From IMG/VR virus record IMGVR_UViG_3300035698_009252, positions 64,001 to 128,000 of that record: a stretch of 64,000 nt of DNA; one strand, given 5' to 3'. Position 1 is the stretch's first letter; every line of letters begins with the position of its first letter. A model generated the notes under the pieces. That model ran no database searches, was not told where the DNA came from, and saw only the letters and a list, made by a program, of their open reading frames with translations. Positions 45,526 through 55,556 of the stretch are shown piece after piece. The translations under genes and the position numbers were made by a program. The stretch comes from a virus.

Positions 45526-46595
45526 TCCTCAACTCGCCTCCCGGTTACGGCCCAATCCTCAAGCACATCGTGCTCCCATAGGACAAGGCAATAAATGCCT
45601 GCCCCATTATACGCTTCAACCAGCTCCTGAGCATGAATCTCTTCAGGAATCCCCGTAACTTCCTCCGAATGCCACCAACTCCCCAGCAATTCCACCACCT
45701 TCACCGCCCGCCAATACCTGGGGAATCGCTGCTTCCCCGCCGATAACACCTGGGCCTTTGCCGCAATCCCCGGCGAAAACACCATGAAATCAGGATTCAG
45801 GTCGTGAAACACCCGGCCCAGCTTCCTTACGCCCACCTTTGTCCTGATGAACCGTGCCCCATACCCACTATACACCACAGTCTCCGGCGTATGCTGGTCG
45901 AAGAACCACTCCAAGTGTGTAGGACGGACCCCGTTGGCCTCCCGGTTGCGGATAAAGACCTCTTCATCCTTCATGGGGTGGTCCACGCCATACCGACGCA
46001 TACTCGTTTGCACAAGCCTCTTCTTTACCTCCGGGTCGGCAAAGGGATTGGCATGGCCATGCCTACTCAAATGAGTAGCCTCACGCTTCTTCTGGATAGC
46101 CTCGAAGTCTTGCTTGGCCTTCCACTTATCGGCAACGGATGATGCGATAAGCTGGAGTCCACGGTTCTTTTCAAGGACTATCTTGTCCTCAGACCACCCA
46201 TGAACGCGCCGGAGATGCTTACCAAGCCGCAGGAGGGCTACACCACACTCCGGGCACGCCACGTAGTCCACGCCCTTCTTATAGGCTTCAGGGTGAGCCT
46301 GCACGCACTCGGCACGATGCTTCGTCGCTGTCTCGGGCTGATACCACTCAGAACAGACATGGCACTGTTTTGCACCACGCTTTTGGGACATAGGCTTATA
46401 GCCGCCCTTGGCCCGCTTAGAAGCCGATTGCCTATCGATAGCCCGTCTGACGACCAATTGTGCTTCAGGAAACCTGTCCCGATACCCCGAAGCGTCAAGT
46501 CCGTGAAGCTTGATATGGCAAGATAAAACCGGGGACCTGTAACCACACACCATACACACAAGATGGTCAACGCCCTCTTCTTTGTACCCCGGCAT
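45510..46595 (-). CDS. Zn-finger + PD-(D/E)XK (Vsr-like) putative homing endonuclease
   Basis: CMVCG..HIKLH, CPECG..HLRRVH, YGVDHPMK repeat, NPDF...VVELLGSWWH...LVLWEHD. Confidence 0.75.
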   Translation of the reverse strand: MPGYKEEGVDHLVCMVCGYRSPVLSCHIKLHGLDASGYRDRFPEAQLVVRRAIDRQSASKRAKGGYKPMSQKRGAKQCHVCSEWYQPETATKHRAECVQAHPEAYKKGVDYVACPECGVALLRLGKHLRRVHGWSEDKIVLEKNRGLQLIASSVADKWKAKQDFEAIQKKREATHLSRHGHANPFADPEVKKRLVQTSMRRYGVDHPMKDEEVFIRNREANGVRPTHLEWFFDQHTPETVVYSGYGARFIRTKVGVRKLGRVFHDLNPDFMVFSPGIAAKAQVLSAGKQRFPRYWRAVKVVELLGSWWHSEEVTGIPEEIHAQELVEAYNGAGIYCLVLWEHDVLEDWAVTGRRVEEWLKL

Positions 46596-46711
46596 TTCGT
46601 TCGGTGGTGATAGACCTGCTTCCCGTTAACGACATCCCCGCCACATATTTCGCATGACACGGTATTCATAGTTCCATGTATCGTACAACAACTGGCAGAC
46701 ACTACCAAGAC

Positions 46712-46745
46712 AAAAAGAGACCCACGGTTTCCCGTGGGCCTCTCT
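46712..46745 (-). terminator. Intrinsic terminator after the major capsid gene
   Basis: AGAGGCCCACGG/CCGTGGGTCTCT hairpin plus T-run. Confidence 0.8.
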
Positions 46746-46797
46746 GGCTTTCAACCAGTTCGCACTAGTCTCTCCACCAGGTGTAAGTCGTTGAGAC

Positions 46798-47658
46798 TTA
46801 GACCCTTGTGATGGCGAGGACTTGCAGTGCAAATGGGTTATATGCCCCAATGCCGAGCTGCTCGAAGATGCTGAATCCAATCAGGCGGTTCTTCGGGTCA
46901 TCGGCGGACAGCACCGTCAGCTCCGTACGCACCGGAATGCGACCGAAGAATTCGGGCTCACCGCAGACATACACGGTGCCTTCCGGCACAATGCGGCTGA
47001 CCATGAGCTTGGCACCCCAGAGGGTAGCCATGAGACCGGTCTTCAACAGAACGGCCTGCGTCTCGATGTCGAGCGTGTCCCTGTCCCACTTACGCAGGTC
47101 GGCGTAATCCTTGGCGTTCAGGAAGACGGACGCGACACGGATGTCGGTACGCTCCACGTTCGCGAAGGCATCTGCCAGGGCGTTCGCCGTCAGGTTGCCC
47201 GTGACGGGGATGCTCGGGTTCGGGTTCGTCGGGTCGGCGGCAAGGGCGTCCATAACTGCGAAAACCTTGCGGTCCTCTTCAGCCTGGATTTCGGCCTTGG
47301 CCAGGTCGACGGAGCGCTCAATCAGGTCGAAACGACGCTGCTTGATTTCCGTGAGCTGGATTTCCGGGTTCGACGCGATTTCGAAGAGCGGGAACAGAAC
47401 ACGCTTCGGCTTTGCGACCGCAACGATGTTCTCGCCTTCCTCACCGACCACGTAGGCGGTGATGTTCGGGTCCTTGTCGTAGATGGGGAGTGCGCCATCG
47501 GGAAGCGGCTCGACATAGAATGCCTTGCGACCGACCGAGGTGTAGTCCCTGCGACGACGCAGAGGCTGAATCATCGAGCTGGCCAAACGCTGGCGTCCTG
47601 CCGCCGTACGAATGTGCTGGCCAATGATTTCTTGTTTGGTTTGGTTGTCAACAGCCAT
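46798..47658 (-). CDS. Major capsid protein (HK97 fold)
   Basis: Follows the protease-scaffold-decoration genes, strong codon bias, own terminator. LPDGALPIYDKD and IQAEEDRKVF motifs as in large-phage MCPs. Confidence 0.85.
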   Translation of the reverse strand: MAVDNQTKQEIIGQHIRTAAGRQRLASSMIQPLRRRRDYTSVGRKAFYVEPLPDGALPIYDKDPNITAYVVGEEGENIVAVAKPKRVLFPLFEIASNPEIQLTEIKQRRFDLIERSVDLAKAEIQAEEDRKVFAVMDALAADPTNPNPSIPVTGNLTANALADAFANVERTDIRVASVFLNAKDYADLRKWDRDTLDIETQAVLLKTGLMATLWGAKLMVSRIVPEGTVYVCGEPEFFGRIPVRTELTVLSADDPKNRLIGFSIFEQLGIGAYNPFALQVLAITRV

Positions 47659-47791
47659 GGTTGTACCTAACCTTTCTTTTTGTGCTTCCGGTTTCAGTCG
47701 GCGTTATCGCCGCCCTGTCCTTCTTGCGTTTTGTTTCTTATCCACTCGCCTGAGCTGCTCCCCACCGGTTAGGGCGGGGAGCACTCACACG

Positions 47792-48286
47792 TTAGATGCG
47801 TTCGTCGAGTCCGAGCGTCGGGCTGGCCGTGCTCGGGGCCTTCGTCACGATACCGATGATTTCGCTCGACGCGGTCGTCTCGTTCGTCAGCATGCCCTGT
47901 GCGGAGCCGTACAGCTTGTTCCCCACCGCCCAGGTGATGTCCGCGTTGTCTGCTGCGTTGCGAGTTTCGTACACGTCCACCTCGACCGATGCCTGTGCCT
48001 TCATCACGGCGACCTTACCGCTCGCGACCGCCGGGGCATTCTCGAATGCCGCACCTGCTGCGTCGTTTACGAAAAGACCAACCGGAATCAAGCCGGTAGT
48101 CATCGGTACCACGGTGTAATCCAACCCGGCGGAAATTGCCGCGATGGAGCCACCGAGCACGCCGCGAGGCGTGTTGACGCTCAGCGTCGAGTTCGTGTTC
48201 ACGCCATAGTTGCTCTTGGTAAAGCAAGCATCCGACAGAACCGGAATCGAGTTGAGCTGCCCTCTGATGAGAATTGTGAGTGCCAT
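47792..48286 (-). CDS. Capsid decoration/cement protein
   Basis: Small A/G/T-rich beta protein directly upstream of MCP. VGNKLYGSAQGMLT motif. Confidence 0.65.
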   Translation of the reverse strand: MALTILIRGQLNSIPVLSDACFTKSNYGVNTNSTLSVNTPRGVLGGSIAAISAGLDYTVVPMTTGLIPVGLFVNDAAGAAFENAPAVASGKVAVMKAQASVEVDVYETRNAADNADITWAVGNKLYGSAQGMLTNETTASSEIIGIVTKAPSTASPTLGLDERI

Positions 48287-48322
48287 TTTTTAGCTCTCCC
48301 TTCCTACTGTTTTTTCTCCGGC

Positions 48323-49450
48323 TTACCTGAAGACACTGCTGACGTCCGGGGCCGTGTCCCAGATGCCGCTGATGTCATCCGCTCCACTGCCCTGACCTGC
48401 GGTCATGGCACGCGGCTGTCCACCAAGTTCCTTAATACCAGCCTTGGCCTTGCGAGCCTTCGGCTGAACCGTCTCGGCACCTTCCTTCGGGATGGTTTCA
48501 TCCTCGAAGATTTCTGCCAGACGGGGGTCTGCTTCGACATCGTCGCCCAGGTCCATCCCCGACGCGGAGGTCAGTTCGATGTCCAGTTCGTTCATGCCGC
48601 GACGCGGAGCGGAGGCTTCCTTCTTCTCGTCGTCCTCGTCCTCGTCATCATCCGCTTTCTTGTCCGAGGCATCGGAATCATCCTTCTTGGAATCATCCTT
48701 GTCGTCCTCGTCTTCGGCCTTCTTCGGCTCGACGGCGGCGTCCTTCTTGGACTCGTCACCCTTGTCGTCCTCGTCCTTGTCGTCGGCGGCTTCCTTGGCG
48801 TCGTCCTTCTTCGACTCGTCCTTGGCGTCGTCCTTCGACTCGTCAGCGGCTTCCTTGGATTCCTCGTCCTTCTTGGCGTCGTCCTTCTTGTCGTCGTCTT
48901 CGGCCTTCTTCGACTCGTCCTCGTCCTTCTTGTCGTCTTCGGCCTTCTTCGACTCCTCGTCGTCCTTCTTGTCGTCGTCTTCGGCGGCTTCCTTCTTGGA
49001 CTCCTCTTCTTCGTCCTTCTTGTCGTCCTCCGCGACGTAGAGTTCCTGCGAATCGACGAAACGCTGAAGTGTCCGGTCGAGAGCTTCAGGGCCGAGGGCC
49101 ATAAAGTCACGAGCCTGGGCTTCGATGGTCTCGTCATCGACCTTCTCGCCCAACAGGAGCACTGCCGCCCTGACCGCCTTCGATGCGGCTATCTTGACGG
49201 AAGCAACGGTCGGGCCGTTGGTTTCGGGGATACCGAAACCGATTTCGTCCCTGGCGTCACTCTTCCACTCGGTCCGCATGTCCGGGAAGGGGTGATTGGT
49301 GGTTTCCCACTCAATCCCGTATTCGTCACGTTTCTTGAACTTCCGTTCCGGCTGATTCACTGTACCGGGATAAGGGATGGAATCTTCCACCGCCCTACGC
49401 CCACGCGAAGCTGCCCGACGGGGGTCTGTAAGTCTGATTCTCCTTGCCAT
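48323..49450 (-). CDS. Capsid scaffolding protein
   Basis: Highly acidic KKAEDDDKKD repeats, located between protease and MCP. Confidence 0.7.
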   Translation of the reverse strand: MARRIRLTDPRRAASRGRRAVEDSIPYPGTVNQPERKFKKRDEYGIEWETTNHPFPDMRTEWKSDARDEIGFGIPETNGPTVASVKIAASKAVRAAVLLLGEKVDDETIEAQARDFMALGPEALDRTLQRFVDSQELYVAEDDKKDEEEESKKEAAEDDDKKDDEESKKAEDDKKDEDESKKAEDDDKKDDAKKDEESKEAADESKDDAKDESKKDDAKEAADDKDEDDKGDESKKDAAVEPKKAEDEDDKDDSKKDDSDASDKKADDDEDEDDEKKEASAPRRGMNELDIELTSASGMDLGDDVEADPRLAEIFEDETIPKEGAETVQPKARKAKAGIKELGGQPRAMTAGQGSGADDISGIWDTAPDVSSVFR

Positions 49451-49452
49451 GA

Positions 49453-50136
49453 TTATGCCCTCCTCGATGCTTTCTTGGCGCGGGCACCAATGGCGTCAGA
49501 AATCCTGTCTATTCTGAGCGCCAATTCGGTGCGACCTTGCCGTTCCAAGTAACTAGCCACCCGGTCCAAGCGGTCACCCGCCCGGCCCAGACGGGCCACG
49601 TATTCTTCCGCAGCGGTATGACCGGTCGGAGCCACGTCCAGCATCGAATCGCCGGTTGTGAGTTCCTTCCCGTGTGCCACTTCCTCGACCGCGTCGAGGT
49701 AATCCTGCGAAATATCATCCTCGACGCCGGGAGCTGTCTCGCTGCCCTGCTTGCTGCTGCCCATCATTGGACCGTCGCAGAATTCTTCGCCGAGCCCCAA
49801 GTCCTCGTCCATGCCGAGTTCCTCGTCGAGGTCTTCTCCGAGTCCCAGGTCTTCGCCGAGCCCCAGGTCTTCGCCGAGTCCCAGGTCTTCGCCCATGCCG
49901 AGTTCGTCGACAACGACTGATTCGCCCAGGTCCTCATCCATGCCGAGTTCGTCGACAACTACCTCGTCTCCGAGCCCGCCCTCGTCGTCCATATAGGACA
50001 TCGCGTCCAAGCGACGGTCGAGTGCATCGATTTCAGAAGCAAGGGTTGGGGCATCGCTGCGCTGGGACTTTGGCTGGGCCGAACCCAGTTTCTGTTCCAG
50101 GGCCTCGACCCTATTCCTCAATGTTTTATCCGCCAT
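49453..50136 (-). CDS. Acidic head-assembly/scaffold-like protein
   Basis: GLGEDL repeats, C-terminal helix ELALRIDRISDAI. Confidence 0.6.
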   Translation of the reverse strand: MADKTLRNRVEALEQKLGSAQPKSQRSDAPTLASEIDALDRRLDAMSYMDDEGGLGDEVVVDELGMDEDLGESVVVDELGMGEDLGLGEDLGLGEDLGLGEDLDEELGMDEDLGLGEEFCDGPMMGSSKQGSETAPGVEDDISQDYLDAVEEVAHGKELTTGDSMLDVAPTGHTAAEEYVARLGRAGDRLDRVASYLERQGRTELALRIDRISDAIGARAKKASRRA

Positions 50137-50180
50137 TTTCCGTCCTCCTGTCATTACGCAAAGACACCATTCAGTTCTAC

Positions 50181-50203
50181 CCTATGAATGTATTATCAAA
50201 AAA
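50181..50203 (-). promoter_or_regulatory. Bipartite promoter-like motif upstream of the scaffold-MCP operon
   Basis: TTTTTTGATA-atacattc-ATAGG. Confidence 0.6.
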
Positions 50204-50256
50204 TAATTACACATTACATTAGATAGATAGTGTCCGTGTTTTTCTTATTTTTGGGG

Positions 50257-50550
50257 TTACGTCATCAAACGCTTGGCCATCGCGACTAAACGACGGGCAA
50301 GTGCTTCACTCTCCGATGCCGACAACGGCCAATTCTTATTGGCGCGTGCGTTCTCGTCCTTGATATCTTCACTCACGGACTCGGGGATCGCTTCGGAGAC
50401 TTCCTTCGCCTCTTCTTTTGCCAACCCCTGGGCCTCATTCGCGAGTTCTTCGTCAATTCCGCCCTCAACCATCCTCTCAAGCGCGTCAATTTCCGCAAGG
50501 ATTCCACGCGGACCACGAGCCGTCAATCTCTGTCTTGTTCTCATCTTCAT
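50257..50550 (-). CDS. Small head protein with C-terminal leader-like helix (ALARRLVAMAKRL)
   Basis: Shares LAxEIDAL with 49453-50136. Confidence 0.6.
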   Translation of the reverse strand: MKMRTRQRLTARGPRGILAEIDALERMVEGGIDEELANEAQGLAKEEAKEVSEAIPESVSEDIKDENARANKNWPLSASESEALARRLVAMAKRLMT

Positions 50551-50555
50551 CTCCT

Positions 50556-51548
50556 TTATTGCCACACACCACGAGCAACGCGCTCGATAATAGATTCACG
50601 ATTCCTACGTAGAAGTTCCTCGCGAGCCACACGCAAAACAATCATGCCAGCCCGGTCGGCAACTCTCAGCTTGAATAAATCCTCAACCGTTTCAGACAAT
50701 CTCGCCGTCGGGAATTGGAGAACCTGCGCGGCCTTTGGTATTTCGGAAATCAGGTGATTAAGTACGGCACCAACAAATGCGGGCTTGTCTACCCAACTTG
50801 CCTCAATAAATTTGACGGATTTCGGGTCACCCGCCAATTTACCGTCCTGCTCAATCATCCGGCCACACAACTCAGCGACTATGCGCTCAATACCATCCTC
50901 GTCCATAAAGGATTGCATGAGCTGCCTGTCAATGTGTTCGCAATTCGGGTCATTATCGGCGAGAACCTTGCCGCACCGGCTGCATGTGACATAATCCGCC
51001 AGACACCCCATACTCATTGTTGTGAGTTTCCCAGACGTAATATCTCGGACAAGACCACCGTGTTTCAGGTTCGTGGCAACGAGAATATCAATATAGTAGA
51101 CATCGGCTTCACGGCCCTTCTCGTCCTTGTAGCAAATGGGCCGGGCAACGGCATCCAGGATTTTGCCCTTGGAGAGTTCGGGGATTTGTACGTGCTCCAG
51201 GTAATTCTCTCCGCCAACGAACGAACGGAAAGTGGACAGTAATACCTCGTTCGTCCACGCATTACCGTTATTATTGACGAGTTCGGAGCACGCGGGTTCA
51301 ATATAGTAGCCATTTTTCGCGGTGGCAACTGACGAGACGATAGTACAATGGCTGAATAGATGGCTGTCCGGCGTAAAGGTGCCCCAGTCTACGTCAATAT
51401 CCCTGGCTACACGAACGCGGCCATGCCCGGACGCCAGACGGTGCCAATCCTGCCGGGGATTGGGAAGAATAGTGGCAACGGGCATATCCAGGCTGAACGT
51501 CCTGGCCCCGGCCATCATCAAACACGCATCTGTAGTGCAACGTCTCAT
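50556..51548 (-). CDS. Prohead maturation protease
   Basis: NNNGNAW...ENYLEH...TMSMGC..CSRC..CEH...FIEASWVDKPAF pattern of herpes/HK97-like serine prohead proteases, plus position. Confidence 0.7.
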   Translation of the reverse strand: MRRCTTDACLMMAGARTFSLDMPVATILPNPRQDWHRLASGHGRVRVARDIDVDWGTFTPDSHLFSHCTIVSSVATAKNGYYIEPACSELVNNNGNAWTNEVLLSTFRSFVGGENYLEHVQIPELSKGKILDAVARPICYKDEKGREADVYYIDILVATNLKHGGLVRDITSGKLTTMSMGCLADYVTCSRCGKVLADNDPNCEHIDRQLMQSFMDEDGIERIVAELCGRMIEQDGKLAGDPKSVKFIEASWVDKPAFVGAVLNHLISEIPKAAQVLQFPTARLSETVEDLFKLRVADRAGMIVLRVAREELLRRNRESIIERVARGVWQ

Positions 51549-51844
51549 TATGTGGCTTCCTCTAAAATGTCCATCAATGCTGTTTGCAACACGGTCTCTT
51601 CGTAACTCGGCGTATCCCACTGAATCTTCCGCATGGCCTTGACAGCCTGCTGGGCATCTTTGGACAGCATCTCCATCTCACGAATGCCCAACTCAAGCCC
51701 ACGCCCACCCGCCTTAATCATGCGTTCGGCATTTGCCAGACGCTTGGACATACTCCCGTGCCCGGCAGACAGAACCTTTGAGATACGAGAAATGGCCCGC
51801 AGGTCTTCCTTTACCGCAAATAATTCGTGTGCCAGCTTTATCAT
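51548..51844 (-). CDS. Hypothetical protein with leader-like start (MIKLAHELFAV)
   Basis: Coupled ORF. Confidence 0.6.
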   Translation of the reverse strand: MIKLAHELFAVKEDLRAISRISKVLSAGHGSMSKRLANAERMIKAGGRGLELGIREMEMLSKDAQQAVKAMRKIQWDTPSYEETVLQTALMDILEEAT

Positions 51845-52365
51845 ATCCCCAATCTCCGCATAACGTGAGCCGCGCCTCTGCTGTCCAAACCCTTTACGAA
51901 TTCCAACAACTTCTCTTGCGGGTCAACCTCTGGCTCTGCATCCTGAATCGAATACTTCGCACGTGCCGCCATGATGACATTGGCCAACTTTGCGTCTCTA
52001 ACCTGAAACTCTTCACTGGACCAACCGTTACGCGGGAATGGGCCGCCCGCCCGTGTTCGCTCGTGCCCGTACTTTTTCAGTGCCGAATTGATATTCTGCA
52101 ACTTCGGCTTGGCCAGCGTGCCCACGCCTTGGTCGAATATCGTCGCACTGCGAGTCCTATCCCCACCGAGCCCGGAGCTGCGGCGTTCCTCCACGATTTT
52201 TAGCGACAGCTTGCCCGACGCCGTATTGAGGGACAATTCCGCTCTACGGCTGTTACTGTCGTACTCCCATTGCCAGTACGACGAGTTCTGGGCAATTAGC
52301 ACCTCGCCAGAGACAATGCCTCTGGCAAGACGCACCAATCGCCGAGCAATTGCCACCTCCCGCAT
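51841..52365 (-). CDS. Leader-tagged protein (MREVAIARRLVRLARGIVS)
   Basis: Shared leader. Confidence 0.7.
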   Translation of the reverse strand: MREVAIARRLVRLARGIVSGEVLIAQNSSYWQWEYDSNSRRAELSLNTASGKLSLKIVEERRSSGLGGDRTRSATIFDQGVGTLAKPKLQNINSALKKYGHERTRAGGPFPRNGWSSEEFQVRDAKLANVIMAARAKYSIQDAEPEVDPQEKLLEFVKGLDSRGAAHVMRRLGI

Positions 52366-52420
52366 CGGAACCTCCATTTCAACTCACGCGCCCTTATGGA
52401 GCGACGCCGGAAAGGCAGGT

Positions 52421-52663
52421 TTAGGATACGGTGAGCGAGGCCGGGTTGTATGCCGACTTGTTGTCCGAAGTCGTGCCCGTCTTGCCGATACCGGGATGCT
52501 GCAAGTGGTCGGTGGATACCACCGGCTGCTTGATTGCCGACCGGTTCGTGATAGTCGAAACACGGGCCGGGGTCACAATACTGTTGTTCCCGAAGAAACC
52601 GATTGCTTCGTCCTCACGGACGCGACCTGCGGTCACGGTCTGATATGCCTTGGAATATGCCAT
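52421..52663 (-). CDS. Small hypothetical protein
   Basis: SD GAGG. Confidence 0.6.
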   Translation of the reverse strand: MAYSKAYQTVTAGRVREDEAIGFFGNNSIVTPARVSTITNRSAIKQPVVSTDHLQHPGIGKTGTTSDNKSAYNPASLTVS

Positions 52664-52703
52664 TTCCTCTTCCTCCTTGCGGCTTTATGCCGCCTTATTA
52701 CCG

Positions 52704-53018
52704 TTACAATGAAGCCTGAATTTCAGCCGCGCTCTCCTGGAGCCCGTACTTGTTCGCATATTGCAACACGAACTTCTTGAAAGACGTAATCCCGTGCTTG
52801 CACAGATTGTTGTTCGGATTGGACGGGCCACCATTGACCGGGTCCGGGAACAAATTCCGAAGGTAATCATTTATGTCCAACCAGTAGAAATCCCACGCCT
52901 GCTGAGGAAGCTTCGCAGCCAGCTTGGCATACTTCCTCTTGGACACCCTGTGAGACTTGATATGAGCATCCGTGACTTTTTTCGAATACCCCTGTCCGCA
53001 TATTACACACGCTGTCAT
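52704..53018 (-). CDS. Small C2H2-like zinc-finger protein
   Basis: CVICG...HIKSH. Confidence 0.6.
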   Translation of the reverse strand: MTACVICGQGYSKKVTDAHIKSHRVSKRKYAKLAAKLPQQAWDFYWLDINDYLRNLFPDPVNGGPSNPNNNLCKHGITSFKKFVLQYANKYGLQESAAEIQASL

Positions 53019-54265
53019 TGTTGTATTGTCCTTACTCGCCGGGACGCTTCAATCTCCACCTCAACCGTGCCGTCCGGCTCTACTTCGATTTCAACCTTGG
53101 GTCTTTCCAAAATGACCTTGCCGCTTGGAATCTTGAAACCGCAATCCGGGCACGTCAAAAGTTTCTCGCTCTTCGTGAACTTCTGGTCCTCCATGTCCTT
53201 CTTACACGACGGACAAAGGGAATTCCCATCTTGCTGTTCCCGCCTGGTCTTCCGGTACACGCGCCCCTTGTCGCCCCAGTAGAGAGCACGGCGACTGCGG
53301 AGTTCGTTAAAATCCGGGCACTCCGCCTCCCGGCGGCTTTTGAGTCCGCTACCAATAACCTCGAACGCAGGACGGTTCTTGAAATCGCGGATAATGCCCT
53401 TGTCTTCCCACTCGGCCATGACCTCGCCACTCTCCTGGTCGATGATTTGGCCACCATAAATCGCTCCGCGCATGCCAAGATGCCCATTCACGCCACCGGG
53501 CTCGGTACTCTCATTCATCTTCTCGACGTATTTCCTGATGCTGGAGGCTGTGGGCCTGCCGTACACCCTCTTCCACTCCGAATCCGTCGTGCGGTACCGG
53601 CTAAAAACGGGATAAGCCTTAAAAACGTAACGGATACTCCTGGATGAACCTGCGGACCTGGGCATAACAGGCGAACTCTCACCTTCGGCACCCTCAGCCA
53701 CACCCTCGTCCCAGTGGGTTTCGCTCACGCGGTCGACGACCCCGTCATCTTCCCACCGCGTCGTCACCCGTTCCACGATGGCTGCATTCCGCCCCCGCCG
53801 CCGGGAAGCCTCGATTTCGACGGGTTCCGTGGGGGCAATCTTCGGACCGGCCTCGGCCTCTTCCATCATTTCGGGTGCCAAATCCTTCTGGAGATTCTGC
53901 ATGATACTGAATCCACCACCTCTGGGCTGCTCAATCCCGTGCGTCTTGGGGTCTCCCACGTACTGGTCACCCGACGGCACATCCTCTACAGCCGAACGAC
54001 GGCCACGACGACTCGCATCCATTTCCATGCGCTCTACCAGGAAATTCGAAGCGTGTTGTACCTCGTCCGGGTCGTGCTGGCTTTCACCACCATCGCCCCA
54101 ATTCACAAATACCTTGGCACACTTCAAGTCGACTCTCGTCACTTCCCCGACGAAATCGATACTGCCCGCAACGACGGAAGTTACGATATCTCCGGGATTA
54201 AAGCGTTCAACTTGCTTGCGCAAATCAGAAGCTAAGACCATTGTTCCTCTACGTGTCCGCATCAT
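53015..54265 (-). CDS. Multidomain protein with SH3-like N-terminus, ASRR linkers and C-terminal zinc ribbon
   Basis: FNPGDIV...VFVNW, CPSC...CPDC. Confidence 0.65.
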   Translation of the reverse strand: MMRTRRGTMVLASDLRKQVERFNPGDIVTSVVAGSIDFVGEVTRVDLKCAKVFVNWGDGGESQHDPDEVQHASNFLVERMEMDASRRGRRSAVEDVPSGDQYVGDPKTHGIEQPRGGGFSIMQNLQKDLAPEMMEEAEAGPKIAPTEPVEIEASRRRGRNAAIVERVTTRWEDDGVVDRVSETHWDEGVAEGAEGESSPVMPRSAGSSRSIRYVFKAYPVFSRYRTTDSEWKRVYGRPTASSIRKYVEKMNESTEPGGVNGHLGMRGAIYGGQIIDQESGEVMAEWEDKGIIRDFKNRPAFEVIGSGLKSRREAECPDFNELRSRRALYWGDKGRVYRKTRREQQDGNSLCPSCKKDMEDQKFTKSEKLLTCPDCGFKIPSGKVILERPKVEIEVEPDGTVEVEIEASRRVRTIQQ

Positions 54266-54276
54266 TCATCCTCCAC

Positions 54277-54299
54277 CCTTGGTAGTGAATATCAAAGAA
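54277..54299 (-). promoter_or_regulatory. Bipartite promoter-like motif variant (TTCTTTGATA-N8-CAAGG)
   Basis: Repeated motif. Confidence 0.55.
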
Positions 54300-54320
54300 T
54301 TATCACACAATGTCGTCTTC

Positions 54321-54785
54321 TCACGTCCGCTTTTGCGGACGCTTTCCCCTACGAGGCCCTCCCGCTCCCAACGAGACTGCAAGCTCCACAGGCCATTTCG
54401 GTCGGAATTTTCTATCTGTCAAGGCCACTTTCCTGATATTGCGAAGGGCAAATCCCTTGATGTGCCTATCTCTCATGTCGTATGCAAAAAGCATTTTCCG
54501 GCGGCCAACTCTCAGCTTGCGATACCGGTACGAATATGGAGCCACGATATATTTTTTCGTCTCTCCCGTAGTTGTTTTCCGGTAGGTAATGATAACCTGA
54601 ACCAATCGCAAAGACGCCTCGACAATGGCAACCTTCTTGTTTCTGAGTGCGAACATAGTGCCGTATCGAGGTTTGCGCCCTACCCGGCGCGGCAATCGAC
54701 GAGGAGCCTTCTTCTCCTGACCCTCCATGAACTTTTCGACAGAACTGGAGAAATCCTTGAGAATTGCATCTGCAAATGACGCCAT
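54321..54785 (-). CDS. Stand-alone WYL-domain-like protein
   Basis: VIITY...YIVAPYSY...LFAYD...IKGFALRNI. Confidence 0.65.
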   Translation of the reverse strand: MASFADAILKDFSSSVEKFMEGQEKKAPRRLPRRVGRKPRYGTMFALRNKKVAIVEASLRLVQVIITYRKTTTGETKKYIVAPYSYRYRKLRVGRRKMLFAYDMRDRHIKGFALRNIRKVALTDRKFRPKWPVELAVSLGAGGPRRGKRPQKRT

Positions 54786-54801
54786 ATCTAAACCTCTATC
54801 C

Positions 54802-55131
54802 TCATGGCAACCTGTTCGACCCCGTCACGGCGTCGGTGATACCACTACGATTGGCCTCCGAGCCAATTCCCTGGTTGTACATGTATTCCCCTTCGGCCAA
54901 GTCGCGAGCATTTACGGCTGTCACGATATCCGCCGGGTCATTGGACCAGGACTCACATGCCCGGCCCAAACTAGGGTCATCGACCGGCTGCTGCCTGAAT
55001 CCCCGGCTATCCCCACCCCGACGGAACCAGTACAGAGCTGGGCAATACGTACTATGCACGCAAGCAGAACATCCTTGCCCTGGCTGACGAACCACCGTAC
55101 CCAGCACGGGGTATGGAAAACTGTAATCCAT
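54802..55131 (-). CDS. Small Cys-containing hypothetical protein
   Basis: CSACVHSTYC...C. Confidence 0.6.
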   Translation of the reverse strand: MDYSFPYPVLGTVVRQPGQGCSACVHSTYCPALYWFRRGGDSRGFRQQPVDDPSLGRACESWSNDPADIVTAVNARDLAEGEYMYNQGIGSEANRSGITDAVTGSNRLP

Positions 55132-55556
55132 TAAGCCCCTACAACTCGGTCTCCACCCGTCCTTCTCTCAAACCGGCCATCCGCTTCCTTCTCATCCACC
55201 GGAGTCAACGTGCTCGTCGGGTCATTCTCCCACCGGGTCTTGTCCACGATGGTTGTAACCGCCGGAGTCCCGGCATGCGGGAACGTGCCTCCGTCACCGT
55301 GCATGACCTGGTCATCCACGATGTTCCGACCCAGTTTGACAACCCGAGACCGCTGCATTTCCACCGGCCCGGCAGCTTCACCGCTGAATGCCGGAGTCCC
55401 CTGCGGAATACGATTGTCCTTCTCCCAAGCCATATCCCCTTCACGGGAAGTTGCCTTACCGGGATAAAACTGGGTACGACTGGCCTGGGATGGGGATTGC
55501 TGCCCCGCACCGAGGTCATTGCTTGTGTAATCTACTCTTTCGTTTGTCGCCATCAT
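55131..55556 (-). CDS. Hypothetical protein
   Basis: Coupled ORF, SD GGAGGTG. Confidence 0.6.
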   Translation of the reverse strand: MMATNERVDYTSNDLGAGQQSPSQASRTQFYPGKATSREGDMAWEKDNRIPQGTPAFSGEAAGPVEMQRSRVVKLGRNIVDDQVMHGDGGTFPHAGTPAVTTIVDKTRWENDPTSTLTPVDEKEADGRFERRTGGDRVVGA

